From Octopus vulgaris (Eukaryota), in NCBI GenBank assembly GCA_951406725.2, contig OX597814.1, forward strand, positions 194,308,001 to 194,372,000: 64,000 bases of DNA, in the 5' to 3' direction. The notes beneath the pieces were generated by a model, which did not search any database, had not been told where the DNA came from, and saw only the letters and a list, made by a program, of their open reading frames with translations. The position numbers were made by a program, and so were the translations under genes. How positions within the stretch are numbered: the stretch's first letter is position 1; every line of letters starts with the position of its first letter. Positions 49,320 through 61,462 of this stretch are shown here, in pieces.

Positions 49320-51480
49320 CCCCTTAGTGTTCTAACTGGCCGTAGCCGGCCAAAATGAATTCCCCTTTATTTGTTCAAACCGGCCAAATCCGGCCGTACC
49401 GACCTCTACGAAATCGTTGAAAGAATAAACAAATCACGTTATTAAATTCTCGTAGCTTTGAGATAATGCAAGATGAAGCCTTTCCCGCCTTTATTCAAGT
49501 ATAAATACTGTGAAATTGTTTAGACCACATGGTTATTTCCACGTTTGAAGAGAACTGTATATGTTTGTTGTGAAAGAAATGGCATCAGCAAGTAGCGATT
49601 CTGATTTTGAAGGTTTTACTATTGAGGATATTGAAGATAATAGAAATATTAAAATTACTAAAAGAGAACAACGGCAGCGTTTCCGGAAAATAATAGTTAT
49701 CGCCATACTAATATGGCATTCTTATAAAAATAAGAATAAAGCTGTCCGCTTATTAGCTCCATGAGGCCATCGCCTTAAGTTAGCTATTTGATACACAAAC
49801 TGTATCCATATAACCTTCGAACAAGGGAAGTCAGTCGCTCCACACTACTTGACCGGCAGCTATCAACGAAAACAAAAGTATTTTGACTTCGGATGAATCT
49901 GATATTGATATCAGTAATTACTCATCGGACGAAGATTTCGATAACGAAAGTGAAGAAAATGAAAGTCATGAAAACAATAGTGTAAGCAAGGCAACATGGT
50001 CGAAAATTACGACACCAGTCACAATTTCTGATTTTACTGAAAACACTGGTCCACAACACAATTTACCTCCTGATGCTCAACCACTGGACTATCTGTTTTT
50101 ATTTTTGCCGGAAAGTTTTTTTGAAAATGTTGCGGAGGAAACGAACAAATATGCGCAACATTTAATTTCTGTTCGAGGAAGAAATGATCCGCTATGGCAG
50201 CCAACTAATACTGCGGAAATGAGAGCATTTTTCACAATTAACATTATGTTTGGAGTTAAACAGCTTCCTCGACTGTGGAACTATTGGAGTCCCAATGTAA
50301 GGTATGGCAACCTATATATTTCGAGTATCATGTCGAAGACGAGGTATTCGAAAATATCTCAGTATTTACATTTAACTGATTCTTCCAATGCCTCCAACAA
50401 AAACGACCCAAACTACGATCCCCTGTACGAAGTACATCCCGTGATAGATTTACTTGTAAATAATTATAAAACTGTTTATTTACCTGGGAAAAATCTCAGT
50501 GTAGATGAAGCCATGATAGGATTTAAGGGCAGAGTACATTTTCGGCAGTACATGCCTGCCAAACCTACTAAATGGGGGATCAAGGTATGGGAAGTTTGTG
50601 AATCGGAGATGGGATACTGTGTAAACTTCGATGTTTACACAGGTAAGAAGTATAATGGGAAAAGACCGCATGGATTGGGACATGATGTTGTATGGTCCCT
50701 TACACAACCTTTTCACCATCAGCACCGACACCTCTATTTTGATCGTTTTTTTTCTTCAGTGGCTTTGGCTGAAAATCTTGCACATGTAAGCACTTACATG
50801 TGCAGCACTGTTATGGGAAACCGTAATGGTTTACCCCATGAAATAAAAACAAAATTTTAAAAAAAGAGGGGACATTTTGCAAATGCAAAAAAATTTATTA
50901 GTTACTGCATTTAAAGACAAAAGACAGATTTTATTTCTGTCTTCTAACAAACAACCTGGTGTTGGGGCTGAGGGGAAACCACTCGTGAATATTTGTTACA
51001 ACAAATATATGGGTGGGGTAGACAAATCCGACCAATATCGGGCATATTACCCAGTTGGTCGACCTGGGAAGAAATGGTGGAGGTACATTTTGTGGTTTTT
51101 AGTTAATTTAACTATAGTAAATGCACACATTGTATACGTAAAAAGCCACAAAGTACCTCCGCCACCGAAAGACTACGACCACTTGAAATTTCGGGTTGAC
51201 ATCGCATCTCAGTTACGCGAGGGCTTTTCTTCTAGAAAGCACAGAACTGGGAAAAAAGCAAAATTAACTGAGGTGGATGTCAACAGAGAAAATATTGACT
51301 TTCATCAAATGGAAAAAATAAATGGAAGGAAAAAAGTGTGCTGACTGTGTTCACAGCAAAACAGAAAAACTGCGAAAGGGTACCAGATCAAGACCTCGTA
51401 TATGTGTTCGTTTTGCCAAGTGCCCTTGTGTAAAGGGTGCTTTGGACAATTTCACGACAGAAATATGCCATAAATGTATA
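49320..51480 (+). mobile_element. piggyBac transposon (PGBD4-like transposase, frameshifted at ~50860 and ~51340); right TIR not found
   Basis: TTAA|CCCCTTAG left end at 49316-49320; LSVDEAMIGFKGR, QYMPAKPTKWGIK, LYFDRFFSS, YNKYMGGVDKSD, KKWWR, Cys-rich C-terminus. Confidence 0.88.
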
Positions 51481-51867
51481 ATTTTGCATATTCCTTTTAA
51501 TTTTATAATATAATATGTGAAAGTGAGAACTACATATTAATTTTCAGTATGTTACACACCTGTATTCACCTTTGTCTCACCTGTTAATGAGATTTTTTTA
51601 TTAGATGCATTGTTACGTGAATGAATTCATTAAATTGTATAAGAGTGCATAGCCAATGGTATATTGACTAGTAAAAGAGTTTTGTACTTTCTTTTCAATG
51701 ACGACATTTGAACGAAATATAGAAAAAGAGTAAAAGCTTGTACCAATTACACCTGTATTTTAATTAATTCAAATTAATGTACCTCATCTTGAAAAATGTA
51801 AAATTGTTGGCCATTGACATCTGGGATAATTTTAGCAGCAAACCAAACAGGTAGGATGCATTAAGAA

Positions 51868-52280
51868 TATGAATTTTAGTTACATTGTAAGCAGACTTAA
51901 AGTGTTTTCTAATGATTCCCCTACCCCCTTCCTCCCATAATGTCCTTATTTGGGCGGTTTCTGCTTCACTGACTTCTTTTGCAACTTCTTTTAGCCACTA
52001 TAGCCAATCTCTTCTTCCAACAACTTTGTTGTGAAATGAATAGATGTGTGATCAACATCTTTTCCTCATATATCAGGAAATTACATCTGCATTATTATGG
52101 ATACATTCATCTTCTCTGTGAATAAAATCTTTCCTCATATCTCCGGAAATTACACCTACATTATTATGGATGGATTTACCTTCTCTGAGAAGCTAACAAT
52201 CTTTTTAAAAACCTTTTATAAAACTGTGCATCATTAGAAAACACTTTAAGTCTGCTTACAATCTAACTTTGAATTTCATA
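51868..52280. mobile_element. MITE-like element with ~49-bp terminal inverted repeats and TA ends
   Basis: TTGTAAGCAGACTTAAAGTGTTTTCTAATGAT vs ATCATTAGAAAACACTTTAAGTCTGCTTACAA; an internal ~60-bp tandem duplication. Confidence 0.7.
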
Positions 52281-52459
52281 GAACTCTCTTCGATACTTCA
52301 TGAGTGTAGCCTCACTCCCCAGGATGTTTGGAAAACTCATGTGTTTTGGCTGATGAATACGGGACACTTGTATTTGCTGCAATATTTGCAGCTTTAAATA
52401 AATCTGTTCTTCGTATGAAACAATTGTACTGAACAACTAATCCATTCTTGTTGCTTTTT

Positions 52460-52511
<52 letters not shown>

Positions 52512-52514
52512 CGA

Positions 52515-53190
52515 ATTACATCAACAGAATTGCCATGCCAAAAGAGTACAACTTGAAAAGACATTATCAAACAAACCATCATTGTTATGATAAATATGAA
52601 GGTCCAATGCATGTTTTAAGACTCAAAGAGTTGAAGAATTGATGCAGCAACAGACTTTTACAAAAATCAGAAACGGAATGTCAATTCTGTTACTGCAGAC
52701 TATGAACTCAGCCGAATGATTGCCATTAATGGGAAATCTTACAGCGAAGATTTCGTAAAGCAATGCTTTGTAAAAACGGCTAAAATTATGTGTCCAGAGA
52801 AAGCACTCTTATTCAGAGATATTTAATTAACCAGGAACACTGTTGCTGAATGGATTGATGAAATGTCAGGTGATTTGAAACAACAGTTGAAAGCCACATT
52901 TTTCCATACCTATTGATGAGACCATTGACATCACTGAAATAGCACAGCCTGAGGTCTCTTCATCAGGGCCTGTGACAATAACTGACTGAACTGATCCGCA
53001 TGCATGACACTACAACAAGCCAGGACATCTTTGAGAAAGTCGAAATAGTTTTGATTTGAGTAAACTTGCATGCTTATCTATTGATGGCACAGCAAATAAG
53101 ATTGGCAGACATAATGGTGTTGCTGCCAAGTTACAAACAGAAATAGACAATTTGCATCCAGATTCGTTATTTGCACACACTAGCATTGGT
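52515..53190 (+). pseudogene. hAT (SPIN/Buster, GTF2IRD2-like) transposase relic
   Basis: KEYNLKRHYQTNH, DFVKQCFVKTAKIMCPEK, LTRNTVA.WIDEMS, IDETIDITEIAQ; multiple frameshifts. Confidence 0.75.
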
Positions 53191-54289
53191 GAGTCCTGCC
53201 AGGGCACTTTTCACCCTCTTGGAGGCTAAAAGCCAGAATAGATTGTATTGAGATAATTACGGTATGCGATAATTCCGGATATAAAATAAAAAAATACTGG
53301 AAATGCACGATAATTTGAAAATCTTCCATATGGGAAAATAAATTTTAGTTTCACATCAGGAACATTTCTCTCTATTTCCAATGCAAATCCCTACTCATGA
53401 AGATTTTGAACTCACAGCCCCAAAAACGTTTTCTTACACAACCAGGGTTTTTGTTAAGTTTATTCCATGTCATAAATATGTCTGTTTATACAATGCAGAA
53501 TTGGACAGTATTTGAGCTGCATCCAATCTGTTACCAACGGTAATAGATTACACTCCGATATAAGGACGGTGTAATGTAGGTTTTAATAAATAGTGCGCAT
53601 TATACATATTTTGTAATTCATATTATTTTCATTACAAAACCTATATGTTTTCCTTATCACCCAACATGTAAAATCCAGTTGTCTGGTATCAGGACGCTGT
53701 CTAGCCCAAAACGTAATATTCAAATGTACAGTAGTGACTTGAACTAATAATTATATTTATTTCAGTTGTTCTGTAAATTTTTAAAAATGTATATATAATC
53801 ATATATCATCCTTCAAACTTAAGCATAAGGCAAATTGCACAACATTATCCAATAAAATTTGGGAATTAAAAGAAACTAGAATTAGATTTAGCCTTAAATG
53901 GGACATAGTAAGGAAAGTGCAACCTTATAGAAATAGTAGATATTGGTGTGAGCTCTGCTCCTTGGAGATTTATGAAATTTTTTAACAAAAGGATAATGTA
54001 AACCTGTTAAATGACAGTTTAGAACTGGGGGCATCATGTATACATAGTACTACCCGTACCTTCAAATATTTTAGAAAATAACATTCGTGGGAATGGGCCA
54101 GAAGAAGAAGGCCATGATGTCAATGACCAAGGGACTGACCAGAAGAGGAAGTGATAGAAGGCAAGTGCAGGGTGGGGGTGCAAGAAAGGGTTGTCCTTTT
54201 GGCAAGCCAAGGCATCATTAATGGTTCAGCAACTAGTGTGGACTGGAGATCATTTTGTTCCAAAGCCATGGAAAAGTGGCTTCGATCTC

Positions 54290-54520
54290 AGAACCGATTG
54301 GCTGCGAATCAAAGTTGAAATTGATGAGTCTTTGATTGTGTGTCATAAGCACAGGAGGGGTCGAATTCTGAGCCAAGTTTGGAACAGAGCGAACCAGTAA
54401 GCATCGTTTTCATGTGCCTCTTAATAAGAAGTGTGACAAAGCATTTCTGAAAAGGAAGCACAAATCTGCATTAGTCCCATCCCCAAAATCTTTTAGTGGG
54501 TGCATTGAATAGTTTCCCCG
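54290..54520 (+). pseudogene. Merlin (IS1595-like) transposase fragment
   Basis: KVEIDES...KHRRGRIL.QVW then, in a shifted frame, GTERTSKHRFHVPL..KCDKA; matches Merlin VEIDES..RKYNRGR..W.FG.IER. Confidence 0.6.
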
Positions 54521-55134
54521 TCATCCTCAAAAACTTCATGGATGCGAAAACAAAAGCTGGCATCTATAACAATAGGTATGTAGAACATGTTTCTGTACTT
54601 TCTGTTTATTCATATAAGTCATTGAAATTATGCGCACACACACAAACACAAAAATTCTCCAGGCATTAGGCTGTTATTTTTAGGATAATGACATTCACAG
54701 TTTCAGTCAGAGTGGAGTTTTTCATAGAAAATTTGAGAGTGAAAGAAAAAAATTTCCATATTCTTAATCTCTGTATTTTTCCACATACATTGAAAAGATT
54801 TAATATTGTAAAACTTTAGCAATAAATATGCAACTTTTATTCTCTCTCTCTCTCTCTCATACAAAGCTATGTTCATTTTAAATCACTTCCCTAGAGAAAC
54901 AACATTCTCCCCACCACCACACACAAAACTTAGTTTGAGCGTGAAAGATTGTTTTGTATTTTTTTGTAAAACGCTGGTAAAAAGCTCAACTGGTCCAGCA
55001 TAAAAGTGTGTTTTGTTGAGAATTAATCCATTTTATTGACAGCAAAGAGGTAAGTAGCAGTTTGTCTGAATCTTTACCTGTTGACATACATACCCATACA
55101 TGCTATTATACATATATATATATGTACATATCAT

Positions 55135-55432
55135 CGTGATCGACCAGGCTATCAGATGTTGCTACACATCGCTGGTCACAATGTGCTTCGCATTGTTTTA
55201 GCCTTCAAATGACACCACCCCGCTGGCTAAGCGAGCAGGCCAACAGAAGAAAGAATGAGAGAAAGTTGTGGCGAAAGAGTACAGCAGGGATCGCCACCAA
55301 CCCCTGCCGGAGCATCATGGAGCTTTTTAGGTGTTTTCGCTCAATAAACACAACGCCTGTTCTGGGAATCAAAACCGCGATCCTACGACCGCGATCCTAT
55401 GACCGCAAGTCCGCTGCTCTAACCACTAGGCC
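55135..55432 (-). mobile_element. tRNA-derived SINE, family 3 variant
   Basis: Head and body shared with 28150-28326, different 3' part; 14-bp internal duplication. Confidence 0.7.
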
Positions 55433-55924
55433 ATATATACACCAAATATACACTGTATATTCAATCATGAACCATGTAATTCACACTCTGGAAAATTTTC
55501 TGTAAAATGTAGAGAGTGGGTAAAGTTTCCGAGGTTTCTACCTCATTCCACCCCGTTTTCCGAACCCCAAGAAATGTTTTGTAGCATATTAGGATGTCAC
55601 AGGAATTCATTCAAGGCAAAAAAAAAAAATTCTTATGATTCCAGGATGGGAGTCCCCCTACCTTTGAAATAAGGGATCTGCATCATATTAGATAAGGGTA
55701 CTTGATTCCACACGAAAAGTAAGGCTAATCTATGAATTAAAGTAGCTAAGAGGCCTGGTGCCCCTTTAAAATCCTTGATCAGCAATACTTAGCCCTTTGA
55801 CAAATCCCCCTGTATGGCATACAATTGTATGTAGGATGAACCGACAAGTTACCTGTAAGGTGAGGAATGTGGTGTATAACTTATGATGTACTGAGGAACG
55901 GTGCAGAAACATGACACCTACCTA

Positions 55925-56265
55925 CATCATCATTTAGCATCCGCTTTCCATGCTGGCATGGGTTGGACGGTTCAACTGGGGTCCGGGAGGCCAGAAGGCT
56001 GCACCAGGCCCAGTCTGATCTGGCAATGTTTCTACAGCTGGATGCCCTGCCTAACGCTAACCACTACGTGAGTGTAGTGGGTTCTTTTTACATGCCACCG
56101 GCACAGGGGCCAGACGTGGCTGGCAAACGGCCACGATTAGATGGTGCTTTTTACGTGCCACTGGCACGGGGACCAGACGTGGCTGGCAACGGCCACAATC
56201 GGATTGTGCATTTTACGTGTCACCGGCACGGAGGCCAGTCGTGGCGGCGCTGGCAACGGTCACGT
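55925..56265 (-). mobile_element. RTE-like LINE 3' end
   Basis: Shared 3' tail and internal repeats. Confidence 0.7.
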
Positions 56266-56541
56266 ATAAAAAAGTTTACTAAACATAAATCTGCCACATT
56301 CCAATCATAAATGTAGGAGAGAGATAGTTTAAATAAATAAAACTTTATAAAGGGCATAGATACATATAAAGTGAACCCACACACAAACACATACAACTTC
56401 ATGGACAGCCATAACAGTGTCAACACAACAAACATGTCCAGCTGCAGCAGCAGTGGTGCCAGCAATGGCAATACCATGGCCAAACACATACACAGAAGTA
56501 TCCAGGAACTGTACCCTTTTTTTTGGGGGGGGGGGGCTAAT

Positions 56542-56921
56542 ACTCTCTTTTACTTGTTTCAGCCAGTTGACTGCGGCCATGCTGGAGCACCGCCTTTAGT
56601 CGAGCAACTCAACCCTGGGACATTCTTTGGAAGCCCAGTACTTATTCTATCAGTCTCTTTTGCCAAACCACCAAGTGACGGGGACGTAAACACACCAGCA
56701 TCGGTTGTCAAGCAATGCTAGGAGGACAAACATAGACACATAAATATATATTTATATATATATACATACACACACGACGGGCTTCTTTCAGTTTCCGTCT
56801 ACCAAATCCACTCACAAGGCTTTGGTCGGCCCGAGGCTATAATAGAAGACACTTGCCCAAGGTGCCACGCAGTGGAACTGAACCCGGAACCATGTGGTTG
56901 GTAAGCAAGCTACTTATCACA
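56542..56921 (-). mobile_element. SINE family 1
   Basis: Reverse copy, head slightly truncated. Confidence 0.82.
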
Positions 56922-57479
56922 CATTCATCCATTCCCTACACCTTTCACACCTGTCGCACAATTTTTTTCTTCTCAGGCCTTAGGACAGCAGCAGCACATT
57001 GGGGTGAGAAGATGGGGCTGAGGGGAAGGCTACACTGGTGCATGCGCACATAGGGATACACATCTGAAAAGAACAGAATGAAGTGGAGCAAGAACACAGA
57101 GAAATGAAAAGTGTCGCTGAAGAGGTCACAGATGTCTGACGAAAGGTGTCCAGACAATGCACATAAAAATAAAACCAGTAAAAAATGAGTGAAGAAAAAA
57201 AAAATATATATATATATATTACTTCCGGTTTTCGTAGAGGAAAGACGTGTTTGCTTTTGCTCTGTGAAAAAACAAAAAGGTTCGCATAAATCGAAATAAT
57301 CTACTAAAAGTAACAAAACGTAGAACTTGTTAACTCATAAGGTCTACTAAAATACATTAATTAAAAATATATTAATTAAAAACGTAATATATTTCGCTTG
57401 AAGCCAATTATAATACAGTAAAGTTAGTTACGCATGCTAGAATCTTCACCGAAAAAGCACGTGGTGGCAAGTCTTTAAT

Positions 57480-59303
57480 TTATCTCCAGCCAAAAGTAAG
57501 AAGGAAAAAGAATTGTTTTCTTTTCTGTTGTGACAAAACAAAAAATATTTACGCGGTGATTCCCGATACCTACAACAGACTAGCTGATAACGCCATCACA
57601 GCTAAGTACAAAAAAGTTGATGACACGGCTTTAACTGAAACTAACTTAGCCGGGAAGAAAATCGCCACTTCCCTTAAACTGGATGACCGAACAGAACCTC
57701 TGAGGGTGAAGTCCCCACACTTCACCCTGAAAGACCACAAAAACAATTTCGACAATAAACCATCGGTCCGACTGATTAACCCAATCAAGTCTGACATTGG
57801 ATCCGTCAGCAAGAAGATCCTGGACAGGATTATACCTAAAATACGTGAAGCCTCACCCCTTCCACTCTGGAATAGGACTTCCGAGGCAATAACTTGGTTC
57901 CGGGATTTACCTGACAAGAGCAACACCCGCTTCCTACAATTAGATATCAAGGAATATTACGCCTCTATATCGGAGAGCCTGCTGATTGACGCGATTAACT
58001 TCGCTAGGACCTTTTCCACCATCACCGAAGCCGAGCAGGATGTGATCCTCCATGCATGTAAGACCTTTCTTTACCATGACGGATCCCACTGGATCAACAA
58101 TAAATCAGAGACCCCCTTCGACGTCAGCATGGGTGCTAGTGACTCGGCTGAAATAAGTGACCTTGTGGGCCTATTCATCCTCCATAGGTTGAAGACCCTA
58201 TTCACAGGCCTCTCCGGTGGTCTCTACCGCGATGATGGCCTTTTTGCCCTCCACAATATAAACCCCAGGACCACGGATGGGTTCCGGAAAAACCTTTACA
58301 CTTTTTTTAAAAACTTAGGCCTTAGGATTACCTTAGATTCGAACTTAACCAAAGCTAACTTCCTTGACGTTACCCTCGATTTAGAACCCTCCCTTTATTA
58401 CCCGCACCATAAACCTAATGAATCCCTTAGATACATAGACATTAATTCTAACCACCCCAAAAATATATTAGACAACCTAGTGAAAAGGTGTCTCCATTAG
58501 GATATCTAGCCTCTCTGCCACCGAGGATATCTTTAATGCCGCAGCCCCCTATTACGATGCCCTGGCCCGCAGTGGCTTTAGAGATAAGATCACCTACATT
58601 AGCATAGCCCCTCGCCCACCCAAGAATAATAGGCGAAGACACATTAGCTGGTACAACCCCCCCTTCAACCGTGAAGTTTCAACACCTGTAGCTAAAATTT
58701 TCTTCACTCTCTTACAAAAACACTTCCCCACCCAACATAAGTACTATACAATCCTTAATAAGAACACCATTAGACTCTCCTACTCCACCACACCCAATCT
58801 AGCTAGGAACCTAGCCAACAATAACGTCAAAAAACTACTTGTTCCGAAGCCCATCCAGCATCCAACAGCAACTGCAATTGCAACTGCCCTGATAAGACTA
58901 CTTGCCCCTCAACAAGAACTGCCTACAGAAAGATCTCGTCTACATATGCGATGTACGATCAGGCCCCGATGATAAAAGAAAATCGTACATCGGAATGACC
59001 TCAAATAGTTTTAAGACTCGCTGGTACGCCCACACACATTCGTTCCGGCAACTTGACAAATCTAACCAGACTACTCTTGCCGCCCACATCTGGCACCTTA
59101 AAAGGAACTCCATCCCCTTCAAGATCAAGTGGAGACTACTCCAGAGAGCGCGTTCTTACACGGGAGGCCATACTTGCTGTGACCTTTGCATTTATGAGAG
59201 CTTGGAGATCTTATTCGCCAAAGGCCCTCTCCTCAACAAGATCTCGGAACACTCCCCAAACTGTATGCACAAAATCTATGCAAACTACAAAAATTTTTGT
59301 TAG
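57480..59303 (+). mobile_element. Penelope-like element (Naiad-like): RT + C-terminal GIY-YIG, frameshifted, 5'-truncated
   Basis: TLKDHK, RLINPIKSDIG, FLQLDIKEYYASI, MGASDSAEISDLVG, GLYRDDG, WYNPPF, CNC..CPL..CL, VY...YIGMT..FKTR..H..SF, CDLC, C.H. Confidence 0.88.
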
Positions 59304-59399
59304 GCTGCGATCCATGACACACGTTTACTAATATCAGCTGATCGGAACCCTAACTCGATGCCATCTGACGGTGAGGAGTAAAACTACGTAATGCACATG

Positions 59400-60965
59400 A
59401 TCGTTGCGAGTTCGTGTATATACAGAGGTAGGTTGGATATCTTGGTACAACAAAGTTTATGATCATAACAAAACACACTACAACAGTACAAGCACCCTCA
59501 CGGCTATGGCAGCAAAAAGATCAAGCTACAAAATCTCCTACAAACTACGAATGGTAGATTATGCCAAGGAGCATGGAAATAGAGCAGCAGCAAGGGTTTT
59601 TGGGCCACCACCTACAGAAAAAAATGATACGTGTCTGGCGACAGCAAGAACAGCTGATGAGAGCACAGAAAGGTAAACATAACCTTCGTTGCCCAGCTCC
59701 ACATTGGCCAGAACTTGAGGATGATATAAAAACGTGGGTGCTTGATGAGATAAACTCAGGGAGAAGTGTATCTACCAAAATGATAATTCATGAGGCCATG
59801 AGAGTAGCAGAACAACGAGTGATACAGAACTTTGCAGGAACAGAAGGTTGGTGCTACAGGTTTATGAAACGGAAGGGTTTATCAATGCATACGAAAACAT
59901 CCATTGCACAAAAAATGCCTGCTGATCATGAAGAAAAAATATTAAGTTTTCTTTCTTGCATTTATAACAAATCTATGAAAATCTGTTTTGAACTGGGCCA
60001 AATATGGACGAAGTTCCACTCACATTTGATGTACCATCCAACAGGACTGAGTGTCAAAGGGTCTAAAACGGTTTCGATAAAAACCACTGGCCACAAAAAG
60101 ACCCACTATACAGTAGCTCTGGCCTGTTGTGCTGATGGCATAAAACTGCCACCTCTTTTGATATTTAAGAGAAAAACTCAGCCTAAGGATAAAATTCCAA
60201 GGTGTACTAGTTCATGTTCACGAAAAAGGCTGGATGGACGAAAATGGAATGAAACTGTGGTTACAAAATATATGGTCAAGGCGTCCTGGTGGACTATTAA
60301 GAAAACCTTCTCTTCTGGTTTGGGATCAGTTTAGAGCACATAGAACTGAAGCCATTAAAAAAAGGGTGGGAGAATTGAAAACGCAGTTAGCTGTCATTCC
60401 TGGTGGACTGACGAGCCAATTGCAGCCTGTGAATAAGCCATTTAAGCAGAACATGCGTGAACATTCGAACAAGTGGATGGCAGAGCCACATCATGCCCTC
60501 ACACCCACAGGAAGAATGAAGTGGCCCACCATTGCTGAAGTGTGTGAGTGGGTGAAGAATTCTTGGGATGATGTTAGGCCTGAAATCATTGTGAAGGCTT
60601 TTAAGTGTGGCATTAGCAATGCCCTTGATGGCACAGAAGATGATGCATTATTTGAAGACAGTGATTTCAGCAGTAGTGATGAAGATGTTCCTTGTTTTGA
60701 AGATGATGGAGACTTTTCTGGTGTAGAAGATGATGAAGAGTTTTCTGGTTAAAAAGATGATTAAAGATGATTACTATTGTAATTTGTATGCTTTCCTTTT
60801 GTATGCTTGCTTTTATGCAGCAATGTTTTCTGCTTTTGTAATGTGCTGCTAGACTGCTTTCAACAATATATGCTTAAATACACTTAAAACTTTTTTTCCT
60901 GAATTTGACCTGCTGAAATGAGGGTGCATCTAATATGCCAGTGCGTCTAATATGCCGTCAAATAC

Positions 60966-60967
<2 letters not shown>
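59400..60967 (+). mobile_element. pogo/Tigger (POGK-like) transposon, transposase 59506-60752 frameshifted
   Basis: Brinker-like SYKLRMVDYAKEHGNRAAARVF, CENP-B HTH GWCYRFMKRKGLS, DDE_1 motifs ADGIKLPPLLIFK, LLVWDQFRAH, IPGGLTSQLQP; 3' end TAATATGCCGTCAAATACGG|TA. Confidence 0.88.
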
Positions 60968-61001
<34 letters not shown>

Positions 61002-61462
61002 CTCAGCCCCTCAATCTCCCTAAATATATAGACACGAACATTAGAAGTATAGTCGCAATTAGTTTAGTTTAGAAAAAAACGTTTGTAGCTACGGTCAGGT
61101 ATATATATTTATAATTTACATCCTGTTAATAATCTTTCATTTTCTATTTCAGCTTCGTAACATCCTCTCTTTCTTTTCTTTCTCTCTCTGTCTCTTCACT
61201 TCTCTCTATCACACCATCTTTCTTCTCTCAGCCATTCAATCTTTCCTTGTCTCTTCACTTCTCCACTTCTCTCTGTCACACCATCTTTCCTCTCTCAGCC
61301 TCTCAATTTTTCTAAATATAGTCGCGAACTTTCCTCTCTTTTTATCTTCTCTCAGCTCTCAATCTCTCTAAATACATAGACACTTTCTTTCTCTATTTCT
61401 TCTCTACCCTCTATCACACTATTAAATTTTAAATATAATTAGAGATAAATAAAATATCCAAA

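Noticed and set aside
58860-59303. Selenocysteine recoding as reported for some Naiad elements
   Set aside because: The conserved Cys positions here are ordinary TGC/TGT codons; no in-frame TGA seen at them.
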